From: Eledone cirrhosa
Taxonomy: Eukaryota
Direction: 5' to 3'
Assembly (NCBI GenBank): GCA_964016885.1
Contig: OZ024741.1
Location: 70,308,001 to 70,372,000 of the forward strand
DNA length: 64,000 nucleotides
Both the position numbers and the translations under genes were made by a program. This document shows positions 53,888-64,000 of the stretch, piece after piece. The notes under the pieces were generated by a model. It had not been told where the DNA came from, did not search any database, and saw nothing but the letters and a program-made list of their open reading frames with translations. Positions within the stretch are counted from its first letter, which is position 1, and each line of letters starts with the position of its first letter.

Positions 53888-54635
53888 GTTTGTATATGTA
53901 TAATAAAGCCAAAACAATGCAGGTATGGACATAGAATAAAGAATGCAAATGCAAAAGATATTGTTGACAATTAGTCTTTTACCTTAGATTTATTTAAATG
54001 TCCTAAATTTTCGAGATAATATCTCTTCTGCAGAGGGAAGTAAAGCTGTCAAACCAGTGTTCTAAATAGCTTGCCAAGTCATGCTGACAGGAAATGGTAA
54101 TAGAGTATCTGTTCTATCTCTAATGTCAAAGATTTAAGAGTAGGTGGATAAAGAGTAGTCTCCCTTTAAGAGAGGGTTTGTTTTTGTTGTTTTTTTGTTT
54201 TTTTATACATGCCTGTTTAAGTGTGTGGGAGAATGCATGAAGGTGTAAGTATGTGAGTGTGTGTGTGTGAGTGTGAGAAGATATGTCTATACGTAAATGT
54301 GGGGGATAGATGTTATCTCGTGTTAGAACTGGTTTTGTGTGCGTATGTGTGAGAGGGATAAGTGGAGGTGTAAGTGTGTGTGTGTGTATGTGCGTGCGTG
54401 TGTGTGTGGGAGGTGTGTGTAAATATGGGGCTAGGAGCTCTATCAAGTTATAAATTGGGTGTTGAGTTCCAGTCTATTATTAATTGGTGGTTGTGTTTTG
54501 TCTATAATTAGTGCTTCCTTAATTCTAAGATTGCCGAGGTTTCTTTCCTTAGTTTCTATCCTAACTGTTATGGTTTTGTCGGTGTTTTTGCATTTAACTA
54601 GGTGTTTCTTAAATGAGGAAGCTTTAGTCTTTTGA

Positions 54636-54992
54636 CACTCCACCAGACATGACAACTGCTGCAGACTAGCCAACTGCCCCATCAACGACACAGACCTATG
54701 CCACCAGGCTTACGTCGTATACAGACTAGAGTGTGACAAATGCAACAACTTCTACGTTGGTAGCACCACCAGACCACACCACATAAGAATAAAAGAACAC
54801 CTCAATACTAAAGCTTCCTCATTTAAGAAACACCTAGTTAAATGCAAAAACACCGACAAAACCATAACAGTTAGGATAGAAACTAAGGAAAGAAACCTCT
54901 GCAATCTTAGAATTGAGGAAGCACTAATTATAGACAAAACACAACCACCAATTAATAATAGACTGGAACTCAACACCCAATTTATAACTTGA
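54636..54992 (+). CDS. PLE GIY-YIG endonuclease domain (open frame, 5'-truncated, no start codon)
   Basis: CCRLANCPINDTDLCHQAYVVYRLECDKCNNFYVGSTTRPHHIRIKEHLNTKASSFKKHLVKC...LRIEEALIIDKTQPPINNRLELNTQFIT*. Translated manually and absent from the ORF track. Confidence 0.9.
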   Translation, partial: HSTRHDNCCRLANCPINDTDLCHQAYVVYRLECDKCNNFYVGSTTRPHHIRIKEHLNTKASSFKKHLVKCKNTDKTITVRIETKERNLCNLRIEEALIIDKTQPPINNRLELNTQFIT

Positions 54993-55394
54993 TAGAGTTC
55001 CTAGCCCCATATTTACCCCCCCCCCCCACAAACACACGCGCACGCACACACACACACACACACACGCTTACACATCCACTTATCCCTCTCACACATACGC
55101 ACACAAAACCAGTTCTAACACGAGATAACATCTATCCCCCACATTTACGTATAGACGTATCTTCTCATACTTACACACACACATACTTACACCTTCATGC
55201 ATTCTCCCACACACTTAAACAGGCATGTATAAAAAAACAAAAAAACAAACAAAAACAAACCTTCTTAAAGGGAGACTACTCTTTATCCACCTAATCTTAA
55301 CTCTTTGACATTAGAGATAGAACAGATACTCTATACCATTTCCTGTCAGCATGACTTGGCAAGCTATTTAGAACACTGGTTTGACAGCTTTACT

Positions 55395-55432
55395 TCCCTC
55401 CGAAGAAGAGATATTATCTCGAAAATTTAGGA
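55395..55432 (+). ncRNA. Minimal hammerhead in the pseudo-LTR
   Basis: CCU CCGAAGA A-GAGAU-AUU-AUCUC GAAA AU UU AGG. The mirror copy has CUGCAGA, so the consensus is CUGAAGA. Confidence 0.7.
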
Positions 55433-55609
55433 CATTTAAATAAATCTAAGGTAAAAGACTAATTGTCAACAATATCTTTTGCATTTGCATTCTTTATTCT
55501 ATGTCCATACCTGCATTGTTTTGGCTTTATTATACATATACAAACGTTTATATATATTTATATATATATATATATATTTATATATATTTATATATATGTA
55601 TATATATTT

Positions 55610-55647
<38 letters not shown>

Positions 55648-55985
55648 CATCATCATCATTTTCATCATTTCATTATACGTCCGCTTTTCCCTGCTTGCGA
55701 GGGTGGGACGGGAACTGATTCTGGCTTGATTTCTACAGCTGGATGCCCTTCCTAACACCAACCTCATTTACAGTGAGTGCTGCGTGCTTTTTTGCCATGG
55801 CACCTCCATGACCACTTTGCAGTGGAATGATATGGACCCTAGTCCCTATCATCTCATTTCTACAGCTGAGTAAACTGGAGCAATGTGAAATAAAGTGTCT
55901 TGCTCAAGGAAACAACGCATCACCCGGTCTGAGAATTGAACTCTCAACCTCTCGATTGCAAGGCCAATGCTCTAACCACGTGCCT

Positions 55986-56035
<50 letters not shown>

Positions 56036-56403
56036 TGTTTCTCCTCTTCTCACTTCACTCCGTTCGCGACGAAATCATTTTCTCTCTCTCACATTTGAAT
56101 TCGCTGCTGAAAGGTCTTTTTTCTAAGCGCTCATATATTCACCTAGCTTATGCTAACAGAATAACTATGAAGCTTGTTCCCTTCCTTCTACGGTTTGCTA
56201 TCCTCTTTGTTGTTATCTTGTCTCACTCGCTTTACGCGTTTTAATTGTCCTAATAACTTAATTTAGTTATTATTGCACCGACGTGAGGTATATGATTTTT
56301 AATGCAATGAAATATCTATGATCGTCGGCAAATCACTGATGAGGGACTTATTTTATTACATGTTATCCATGTGCAACCAGCAGTATTCTTCTCCCCATTT
56401 TTT

Positions 56404-56405
<2 letters not shown>
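56036..56405 (+). mobile_element. Diverged member of the 8703-9890 family
   Basis: Shares GCACC..C.TGAGG.ATATG...ATGAAAT...TCACTGATGAGGGACT...GCAAC. Flanked by (TA)n. Confidence 0.65.
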
Positions 56406-56440
<35 letters not shown>

Positions 56441-56631
56441 CCACCCTTGCAAGCAGGGAAAAAGCGAATGTAAAATGAAATGATGATGATGATGATGATA
56501 TGTATGTATGTATGTATGCGTGTGCGCGCTTAGATAAATACAAACACTTCCAGTTTTTATATTTGAAAACGAATCTCTCTCTCTCTCTATATATATATAT
56601 TTGTTAAAATAACAGATTAAAGTTTAAGCAC

Positions 56632-56663
<32 letters not shown>

Positions 56664-58029
56664 CTGGATGTTCTACCCTTACTCCAAGGGTTTAAGAAGA
56701 AGCAATCTCAAAAATATGAAACAACAAATCTGTATGACCGGACCAAATTTCAGCAGATCTTATCAAATATATTAGTCAAATCTTCCTCACTCTGATTCAT
56801 CACTTCAGTCTCTCTATCTTGAAGCAAGCCAAACTCTTACAGTTTTGAAAGCTACTATCATAACAATATTAAATGCAGTAGATAGTTAGACCTCTTAAGG
56901 CGTGTGACAACATTCTTTGCAGCATTTGTTCCCGCCTAGATCAACTTTCATCCACCCCAGGACATTAAAGTAAAATACAAGTCAATCACTAAGGTGGATT
57001 TAATCGATTTCCTAACCTTTCTTGATGTATGAATTTGTGCACCTGCTAATGTATGTATGTTCTTCTGGTTTTATAATTTCACAAATTGTATGTATGTATG
57101 CATCCAAAAATGTGTAAATATGTATCTACATATATACATATATATACTCGTTCAGCGCATCGGTAGGAGTTCTACATGGATATAAAGTAGTGGCCGTACT
57201 CGAAAACGAGTTGGCAGCCACCATATATATGTATACATATGTATATATATGCGCGGGGACATAGAAATAATCCCCATCTGGATTAGAAACACCCAGTTCC
57301 TAAATCATATTTGCAATAACTAAGCAACACCCTGGCATATAGCATGATCTGATGCGAAGAAAATTTTTGATTGTTAAATTTACTTTGGCATGATAGGGAT
57401 ATCATTGAATGATGCAACTCTTCAATGAACTAATTTCCATCTTAGTAATACTTCCTTATCACATTATTGTAGTACTTGCAGTACTGTGCTGGAGCTGCTT
57501 CACAGATTGTTAACTCTTGTGGTAGGTATATATGCAATAATAATTTTCCGTCATGTATCTTTGCCGTAATACATATAAAAATGAGAAAACTCATCACTAG
57601 AACAGCCATTGAAACAGCTAAATGCTGTCAAAGACAGCGATGGGCAAAAATGCTCCAGAGGATAGAAACCAGCAGCCAGTGATCAACAGAGAGACAATCC
57701 ACTACACAATGACACTGTGTTCAAACTTACAGTCTAGTTTTTGGTCTGCTTGTTATAAACAAAGTACTTTGTCAAGTTAAAAAAAAAAGAAAAAACAATA
57801 ATGATGTGAGTTGACCAATCAACGATCACTTACGTTATTAATAATATAGTTTTTTTTTATTTTGTTTTAATATTATTTGGCATAAAAGGGCAGTGGATTG
57901 GCAGTACCAGCAAAGCATTGGACAAAAGGCTTTGCGTTATTTAGTAACGACTTTCAAAGTTCTGAGTTCAACAAAATAAGTACCAGTCAAATACTGAGGT
58001 TCATTTAATCAACTTTGCGCTTTTCCTAT

Positions 58030-58553
58030 TATAATTTATTACGTGCATGTGTTATGCACATACAAAATTCAACTTTTTGATCCCCTAGGGCCCGCATTAG
58101 GTGAAAAACTGCTTTTTTTCAGCTTTTTATAGGTTTTTTAAGGCGTTACATCAGACCGATTTCCTTGAAATTGTAACTATGTATTAGTCTTCATACCGTG
58201 AGCAAAGAAAATCCAACTTTTTTTTTTTATGGCCTAGGGTGAAAAGCTTCATTTTTTTTCAGCCTTTTAGGCTTTTTTTGAGGCGTTACGTCTAGCCGAT
58301 TTTCCCAAAATTTTAAGGCATATTATGCACATAAAAAAAATTCATTTTCTTGATCCCCTAGGGCCTGCATTAGGTGAAAACCTGCATTTTTCCTGCTTCA
58401 CCGAGGAAAATCTTAAAGAATATCCAGCCATCAGAGTATTCGGTTTATTTTCTTTACATATTGTCCAGGCATGTAGTTTTTCCACGATTAGGTCTGTTGG
58501 CGGCCCGCGTTCCAAAATACCATAACCCGTGCAACGCCGGGTACCACTGCTAG
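58030..58553 (+). mobile_element. Helitron-like 3' portion with internal tandem duplications
   Basis: Ends in ACCCG-TGCAACGC-CGGGT-ACCACTG-CTAG. The unit CCTAGGG...GGTGAAAA repeats about three times. Confidence 0.7.
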
Positions 58554-59415
58554 TAGATTATAAAGCTGTAAACATACACATATGGCTGCTTTCAGAAAAT
58601 GTGAGGAGTCCTTTCACTTGAATCTTCCTCAAAAGTAAGAAATCTTTTGAATATGTTTCTACTTTTGGCACAAGGCCAGCTATTATCCCTGTGTATTACT
58701 GGTACTTTATTTTATCGACTCCGTAAGGATGAAAGGCAAAGTTAACCTCGGCTGGATTTGACTCAGACCATAAAGGGCCGTAACTCTTTGCTGCAAAGCA
58801 TTGCATCCAACCCTCTATCAATACTGCCAATCCACCGTATGAGTATTAAATTAATATGAGGTTCATTAGCTATTCTAAGATCATATATATTATAGACCAA
58901 GTTCCTCAAACATGTGGCCTGCCGACCACACACTGCCTGCAAATTTATTTTTTAAAGCCCATGGCAAAACAATTTTTCATAATTAATATTTTCCTAAAAC
59001 TTGATAATTTGTCTGTTTTAATGATATTTATAATACAGTTTATTGCAATTTGCCCATGAAATACAATAAAATTGGAAAAAAAATGGAATTTATCAAAAGT
59101 GAAAATGGAAAACAAAGGAATTTACTAAAAGTAAAAATGGAATTAATGAAAATTTGAAACAGAAAATGTGTTCCCCTACATTTTGTACTAATTCACATAT
59201 CACAATTACTATCATATACATATTTATTTTGGTGAAAAAAAAAAAAAAAAATGAATAGCAGCCTATCAGCTGTATACCAGATTAGCATTATAACTGATGT
59301 AAATCACTCCCAACCTCACTCACTTTTGGACCACTGTGCCTCTCCCCAGGACATAATGGTCATTTTTGAGTCCTTCAGTCTGAGACATGTTATAGACATG
59401 CCTAAGATTTTCACA

Positions 59416-59613
59416 TACCGTATATACTTGAATATAAGTCGACCCCCACCTGTTTTATGTCTGAGAAATGGGCAAAAATCCAAACCCTGTTTATAAGCCA
59501 AAGCAGCTAATCAACACATTGTTTAGATGGCAGATATAAGCCAGACCTCCACCCCATTTTACCATCGTTTTTTAGTCACATATTCCTCGGCGTATATTCG
59601 AGTATATATGGTA
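59416..59613. mobile_element. TIR MITE (Tc1/mariner-pogo-like) with TA flanks
   Basis: TA-CCGTATATACTTGAATATAAGTCGA at the left and TCGGCGTATATTCGAGTATATATGG-TA at the right. Confidence 0.65.
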
Positions 59614-60885
59614 ATTAAGAATTTTAAGTTAGTGTTTGGAGAACAACTTAAAGATTCTTACATAAAATTATGATGGAAGATTTTTATATAAATATAAACA
59701 GCTTTGTATCGTATAACCAGAGGCAGTTTGGTATATTAAGGGTTAATCTAGTCCAGAATGAAAAGTTATCTCACCAAATATACCTTAATGCTTTGAACCC
59801 GCCTTCGTGGTATTTTGGCACTACCAATCTTCATCATTTAGTGTCAATTTTTTCTGTTAGCAAGGATTGTTTGACTATATCTTGCCAGCCCTGTATTCTG
59901 TTCTGCCATATACCTCAGTTATTCATAACATTTTGGGTACAAATCAGAAGTCATTTTACATTATTGCTTTAGCCTGAATTCTTCAGTAAGGCATTGCTGT
60001 AGTTTTTTTCAAGTTTGTACATTCCTTTTTATTTTTTCAAGTTTAATTGATGAACATATTTTTTCAGTGGTTTTTGTGCAGAATGCCGAGGATTAGGAAC
60101 TCAATAAATGGCAGGAGGCCAAAGAATCACGATTGAAAGAGTTAACTGGAAATTACACTGTTAACATCATGCAGAGACATTCAACTTTGAAGTTAAACAA
60201 AACGAAAAGTGTTTTATAGTTATTTATCCTAGTAAAAGGGAGGTTAACTTTGTGAGCCCTATGACAAGCTTCATACTCATCATATGATCCTTTTTCAGGC
60301 TTATTTTTTATAGTCAGATGCCCTTCCTGGTGCTAATCTTTTTGGTCACCAAGTATGACACACAGGGATACAGTTTATCTTTTTAAAACCAGATATACAT
60401 AGCCATCGACTTTCAGGTTTATTTTTATATATTTTTCAACTTTGAAATTAAAATATTAATCCATTGATCAATTATACAGTCATTACTGTTTTTCATCCAT
60501 TTTCTCATACATGCATTAGTGGAAAAAAGCATTATTTTTACAACTGGATGCCCTTCTGACTCCTAACCACTCAATTATGATGAAGTGGAAGCTATTACAT
60601 GTCAATCATGCAAAACTGAGTTATGTACCTTGTTCAGAGGAACAAGATAATCACCACCATCATTACAATACCCATTATCATCCCCACCACCATCAATGTT
60701 TTTAAATCTACTTTTCCATGCTAACCTTTATTTGTTTATACCAACAAATTTTCAAAAACTGAGCTGTGAAACAGTATGAGGAACATAAAGAAATGATGCT
60801 GTCTGCCCAGGGAGTATTAATAGGAAGACATAAGGATACAAACATGCAGACATACATGTGTGCATATATATATATATATATTTTC

Positions 60886-62292
60886 ATGAAGGTCACAGAA
60901 AAAGTAATAGCGCAACTAATCAGAGAGAGAATTGACCTAGATGAAATGCAGTTCGGGTTTGTGTCAGGCAAAAGTACCACAGACGCTCTTTTCATAGTAC
61001 GACAACTACAGGAGAAGTACCTAGCTAAAGGTAAACCCCTCTACTTAGCTTTTGTCGACTTGGAGAAAGCCTTCGACAGAGTCCCCCGCTCCATTATCTG
61101 GTGGGCTCTTAGAAAACTAGGCGTTGACGAATGGCTTGTGAGGGCTATACAAGCCATGTATAAAGAAACAGTCAGCAAGGTTAGAATTAACAACGAATAT
61201 AGTGAAGAGTTTAGCGTAAAAGTTGGCGTCCATCAGGGCTCTGTTCTCAGCCCCCTACTATTTATTATTGCCCTTCAGGCTATAACAGAGGAGTTCAAGA
61301 CAGGCTGCCCATGGGAACTCCTATACGCAGACGACCTGACACTCATAGCGGAATCAATGGCCGAGCTAGAGAAGAAATTCCAAACATGGAAGCACGGCCT
61401 AGAGTCAAAAGGACTTAAAATTAACCTGGCTAAGACCAAAGTTCTAGTTTGTAGGAAAGAAAACAAGGCGGCGGTCCCTTCTGGGAAATGGTCGTGCTCG
61501 GTGTGTAGGAAAGGCGTAGGTAGAAACTCCATTTTGTGTCCTAAATGCAAAGTATGGGTGCATAAAAGATGTAGTGGGATCACAGGTAAGCTAACTAAGA
61601 ACATAGATTTTACATGTGGCCGGTGTTCTGGTGCAATAAGTAGCAGCAAGTGCCCACACAATACTAGCTCTTTCAATTGCGCAGAGGGTTCTATAGAAAT
61701 AGTGGACAGCTTCCGTTACCTGGGCGATAAAATCAGCAGTGGGGGAGGGTGCTCTGAAAGTACTGTAGCTAGAGTCAGAACTGGTTGGAAAAAGTTCAGA
61801 GAGCTTATACCACTATTAGCTGCTAAAGGGTTCTCCCTAAAAATGAAAGGCAGGTTGTACGATGCCTGCATACGAACAGCAATGTTGCATGGCAGTGAGA
61901 CCTGGGCATTGTGTGCAGAGGATATACGCAGACTAGAGAGGAACGAAGCTTGCATGCTCCGCTGGATGTGTAACAGTAATATACGTGAACGGCAAAGCAT
62001 AAACGAACTAAGGAAAAAATTAGAGATAAGAGGGATCAGATGTTGTTTACTCGAGAGAAGGCTACGTTGGTATGGACACGTGATGCGCATGAAAGTCGAT
62101 AGCTGTATAACAAAGTGCAGGGCAATAAAGATAGACGGTAGCCACGGAATAGGCAGACCTAGAAAAACCTGGGACGAGCTGATAAACTCCGACCTCACAC
62201 ACTTACACCTCTCCAAGACAATGTCACTGGACCGAGACCTTTGGCGGTACTCAGTAACAGAGAAGACCCGCCTTGCCAGTAGGCATCTCTAA
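60886..62292 (+). CDS. RTE-clade LINE reverse transcriptase, 5'-truncated but uninterrupted, with an internal PHD-type zinc finger
   Basis: QFGFVSGKSTTDA, FVDLEKAFDRV, GVHQGSVLSPLLF, YADD, FRYLG, LHGSETW, RLRWYGHV, GRPRKTW. The listed ORF start at 60766 runs through unrelated flank and TA repeat. Confidence 0.93.
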   Translation: MKVTEKVIAQLIRERIDLDEMQFGFVSGKSTTDALFIVRQLQEKYLAKGKPLYLAFVDLEKAFDRVPRSIIWWALRKLGVDEWLVRAIQAMYKETVSKVRINNEYSEEFSVKVGVHQGSVLSPLLFIIALQAITEEFKTGCPWELLYADDLTLIAESMAELEKKFQTWKHGLESKGLKINLAKTKVLVCRKENKAAVPSGKWSCSVCRKGVGRNSILCPKCKVWVHKRCSGITGKLTKNIDFTCGRCSGAISSSKCPHNTSSFNCAEGSIEIVDSFRYLGDKISSGGGCSESTVARVRTGWKKFRELIPLLAAKGFSLKMKGRLYDACIRTAMLHGSETWALCAEDIRRLERNEACMLRWMCNSNIRERQSINELRKKLEIRGIRCCLLERRLRWYGHVMRMKVDSCITKCRAIKIDGSHGIGRPRKTWDELINSDLTHLHLSKTMSLDRDLWRYSVTEKTRLASRHL

Positions 62293-62650
62293 CAAAATAC
62301 ACCCCGTCCCACCACCACCACCCCCACCCCATCCACACCACCCCGTCCTATGTAAAGTTATGTTGGTGCCGCGCCATCCGGGCCGAAACAAATGAGATCG
62401 TGTAGGTGTCACGACAAAAAACACACAGTCCACGCTGTAATGTGGCCGTGTAGGCAAAACGGTAAAAACCTCCCAGACCCACACTGTAAATGTGGTTGGT
62501 GTTAGGAAGGGCATCCAACTGTAGAAAACCTGCCAGACAGTCCTATGCGAGCAAGACAATCACTCTTGCCTCAAGTGGGACTACCCCCGTCCAAACCCAT
62601 GCAAGCGTGGAACACGGACGTTAAACGTTGATGATGATGATGATGATGAT
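62293..62650 (+). mobile_element. RTE 3' UTR with (TGA)n tail
   Basis: Ends GGACGTTAAACGT(TGA)n and then (TA)n. Confidence 0.8.
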
Positions 62651-62679
62651 ATATATATATATATATATTATATATATAA

Positions 62680-62990
62680 AAGGGTAGAGACCCACATTGG
62701 TCATGAATGAACAAGGGATTTGTACCTAGAAAGTATCCCTCTGAGGCACAAGTCCAAGCAAGGTGTTTTCGTAGAAAACCAGCAGTTGCCCAAGCATACC
62801 AGTTTTCTTTCTCCATGTCACCAATGTTGTCCAAGGGAAAGGTAAAGGCTGATACAACATGGCACACATGACGTCACAACTTATTTCTACAGCTGAGTGA
62901 ACTAGAGTAACATAAAGTGAAGTGTCTTGCTCAACGACACAATGCACAATTGTGAAACCAATACAAACCACTAAGCCACATACCTTCACA
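62680..62990 (-). mobile_element. tRNA-head SINE with CORE-like body (degenerate)
   Basis: Minus strand GTGGCTTAGTGGTT...TTGAGCAAGACACTTCACTTTATG...CTCAGCTGTAGAAAT. Confidence 0.6.
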
Positions 62991-64000
62991 TATATATCAT
63001 CATCATCATTTAACGTCTGTTCTCTCTGCTAGCAAGGGTTGAACAGGTTATCACAGACCAAGTCAGAGCAACTGATCACTTAGCTGGGCTAGAGGCCCAC
63101 ATCTCGCTTACATACCTTCCCACATACTCTCTCTACAAAGTGTCTTCAAGTGCATTTTTTTGGAACCAGCATTAGGGAGGTTGTCATGTCTCTAACACAA
63201 CTGATAAGTCCCTCCAACCTTTTGTTTGGCAAGTAATATTTGTTTGATAGTAATATAACTAAGTTTCTCATTAGTTGGTGTTTGGAATATAACTTAACAA
63301 AGGTTCTTACATAAAATTATGATGGAAGATTTTAGATAAATATAATATAGAACCAGAGTCAGTTTCAGGAATATTAGTATAAAAAGGTTATCAATTAGAA
63401 AGCATATATCATAGAACCAGAGGTGTGGTTTTATGTACAGGGCCAGCACTTGGGTATTTAGTACTCTAGGCTAACCCTACAATATGTGTCCCCTTCACCC
63501 AGTTATGTACAGCAGTCTGCCAAATAATTTTAACTTACAGTTTAGCAAGTTGACAAACCTAATTTTTTACACTTCTTGCTCTTTCACACAAAGAATATTA
63601 CTAAGCCTGCATTTTATACCACTCAGTCCACAATCACTCACATAAAATTATGTTGCAGGTCATAACACCATACTAACCTCTCCATCACTTTGCATATTTC
63701 CACAATGCTGTTCCGTGACAAAGAGGTTTAGTGAATCATTTATCGATCATAGAAAATTATTATACATTTAATTTAACCCGTTAGCAATTAAATCGGTCGT
63801 ATTCAGCCAGAATTCTCTCACCTCTTTCTGTTCAAACCAGCCATAACTGGCTGCTCATACTGACGTTAAGGTATTGTTCTCAAAATAAATAACATCAAAA
63901 TCTCATAGATTCGATATTATGTGAGATAATTATGTAAGTAAAGCTTTTACCACAAAAATACAATAGTCTATATAGAGTAATGTAAAAGCTAAAGGGTTAA

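Larger units (their letters stand above)
53884..55549 (+). mobile_element. 5'-truncated Penelope-like element with an inverted pseudo-LTR of about 745 bp
   Basis: 53884-54628 is the reverse complement of 54807-55549. It contains a GIY-YIG frame and hammerheads at 55395-55432 (+) and 54001-54037 (-), with (TA)n on both sides. Confidence 0.93.

Noticed and set aside
55340-55395. SECIS in the PLE 3' UTR, as in selenoprotein-encoding Naiad PLEs
   Set aside because: ATGA opens a hairpin, but the 3' GA of the quartet is missing and the visible ORF has no in-frame TGA at a Cys position.
60766-60885. N-terminal part of the 508-aa ORF
   Set aside because: It is chance read-through of flanking DNA and TA repeat. 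RT homology begins at about 60886.

Overview
AT-rich, microsatellite-dense eukaryotic intergenic or intronic DNA. The repeat complement (tRNA-headed SINEs with Nin/Deu-like or CORE-like bodies, RTE and CR1-type LINE fragments, Helitron-type ends, long (TA)n runs) suggests a cephalopod such as Octopus, which is an inference. No host gene is supported, and almost all listed ORFs are microsatellite translations. The dominant hidden structure is a dense population of short Penelope-like retroelement (PLE) ends sitting in or beside (TA)n runs. Many are fold-back (inverted-repeat) structures, three still carry GIY-YIG endonuclease coding remnants, and I can read about 18 minimal type I hammerhead ribozyme cores from roughly a dozen unrelated families. 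One further family (copies near 8.7-9.9 kb, 39.3-40.0 kb and 56.0-56.4 kb) carries a different conserved RNA motif. It has the hammerhead core in permuted order (GAAA before CUGAUGA) plus a 6-bp long-range pairing with two compensatory changes, and is the best candidate for something undescribed. All folds were done by eye and element boundaries are approximate.
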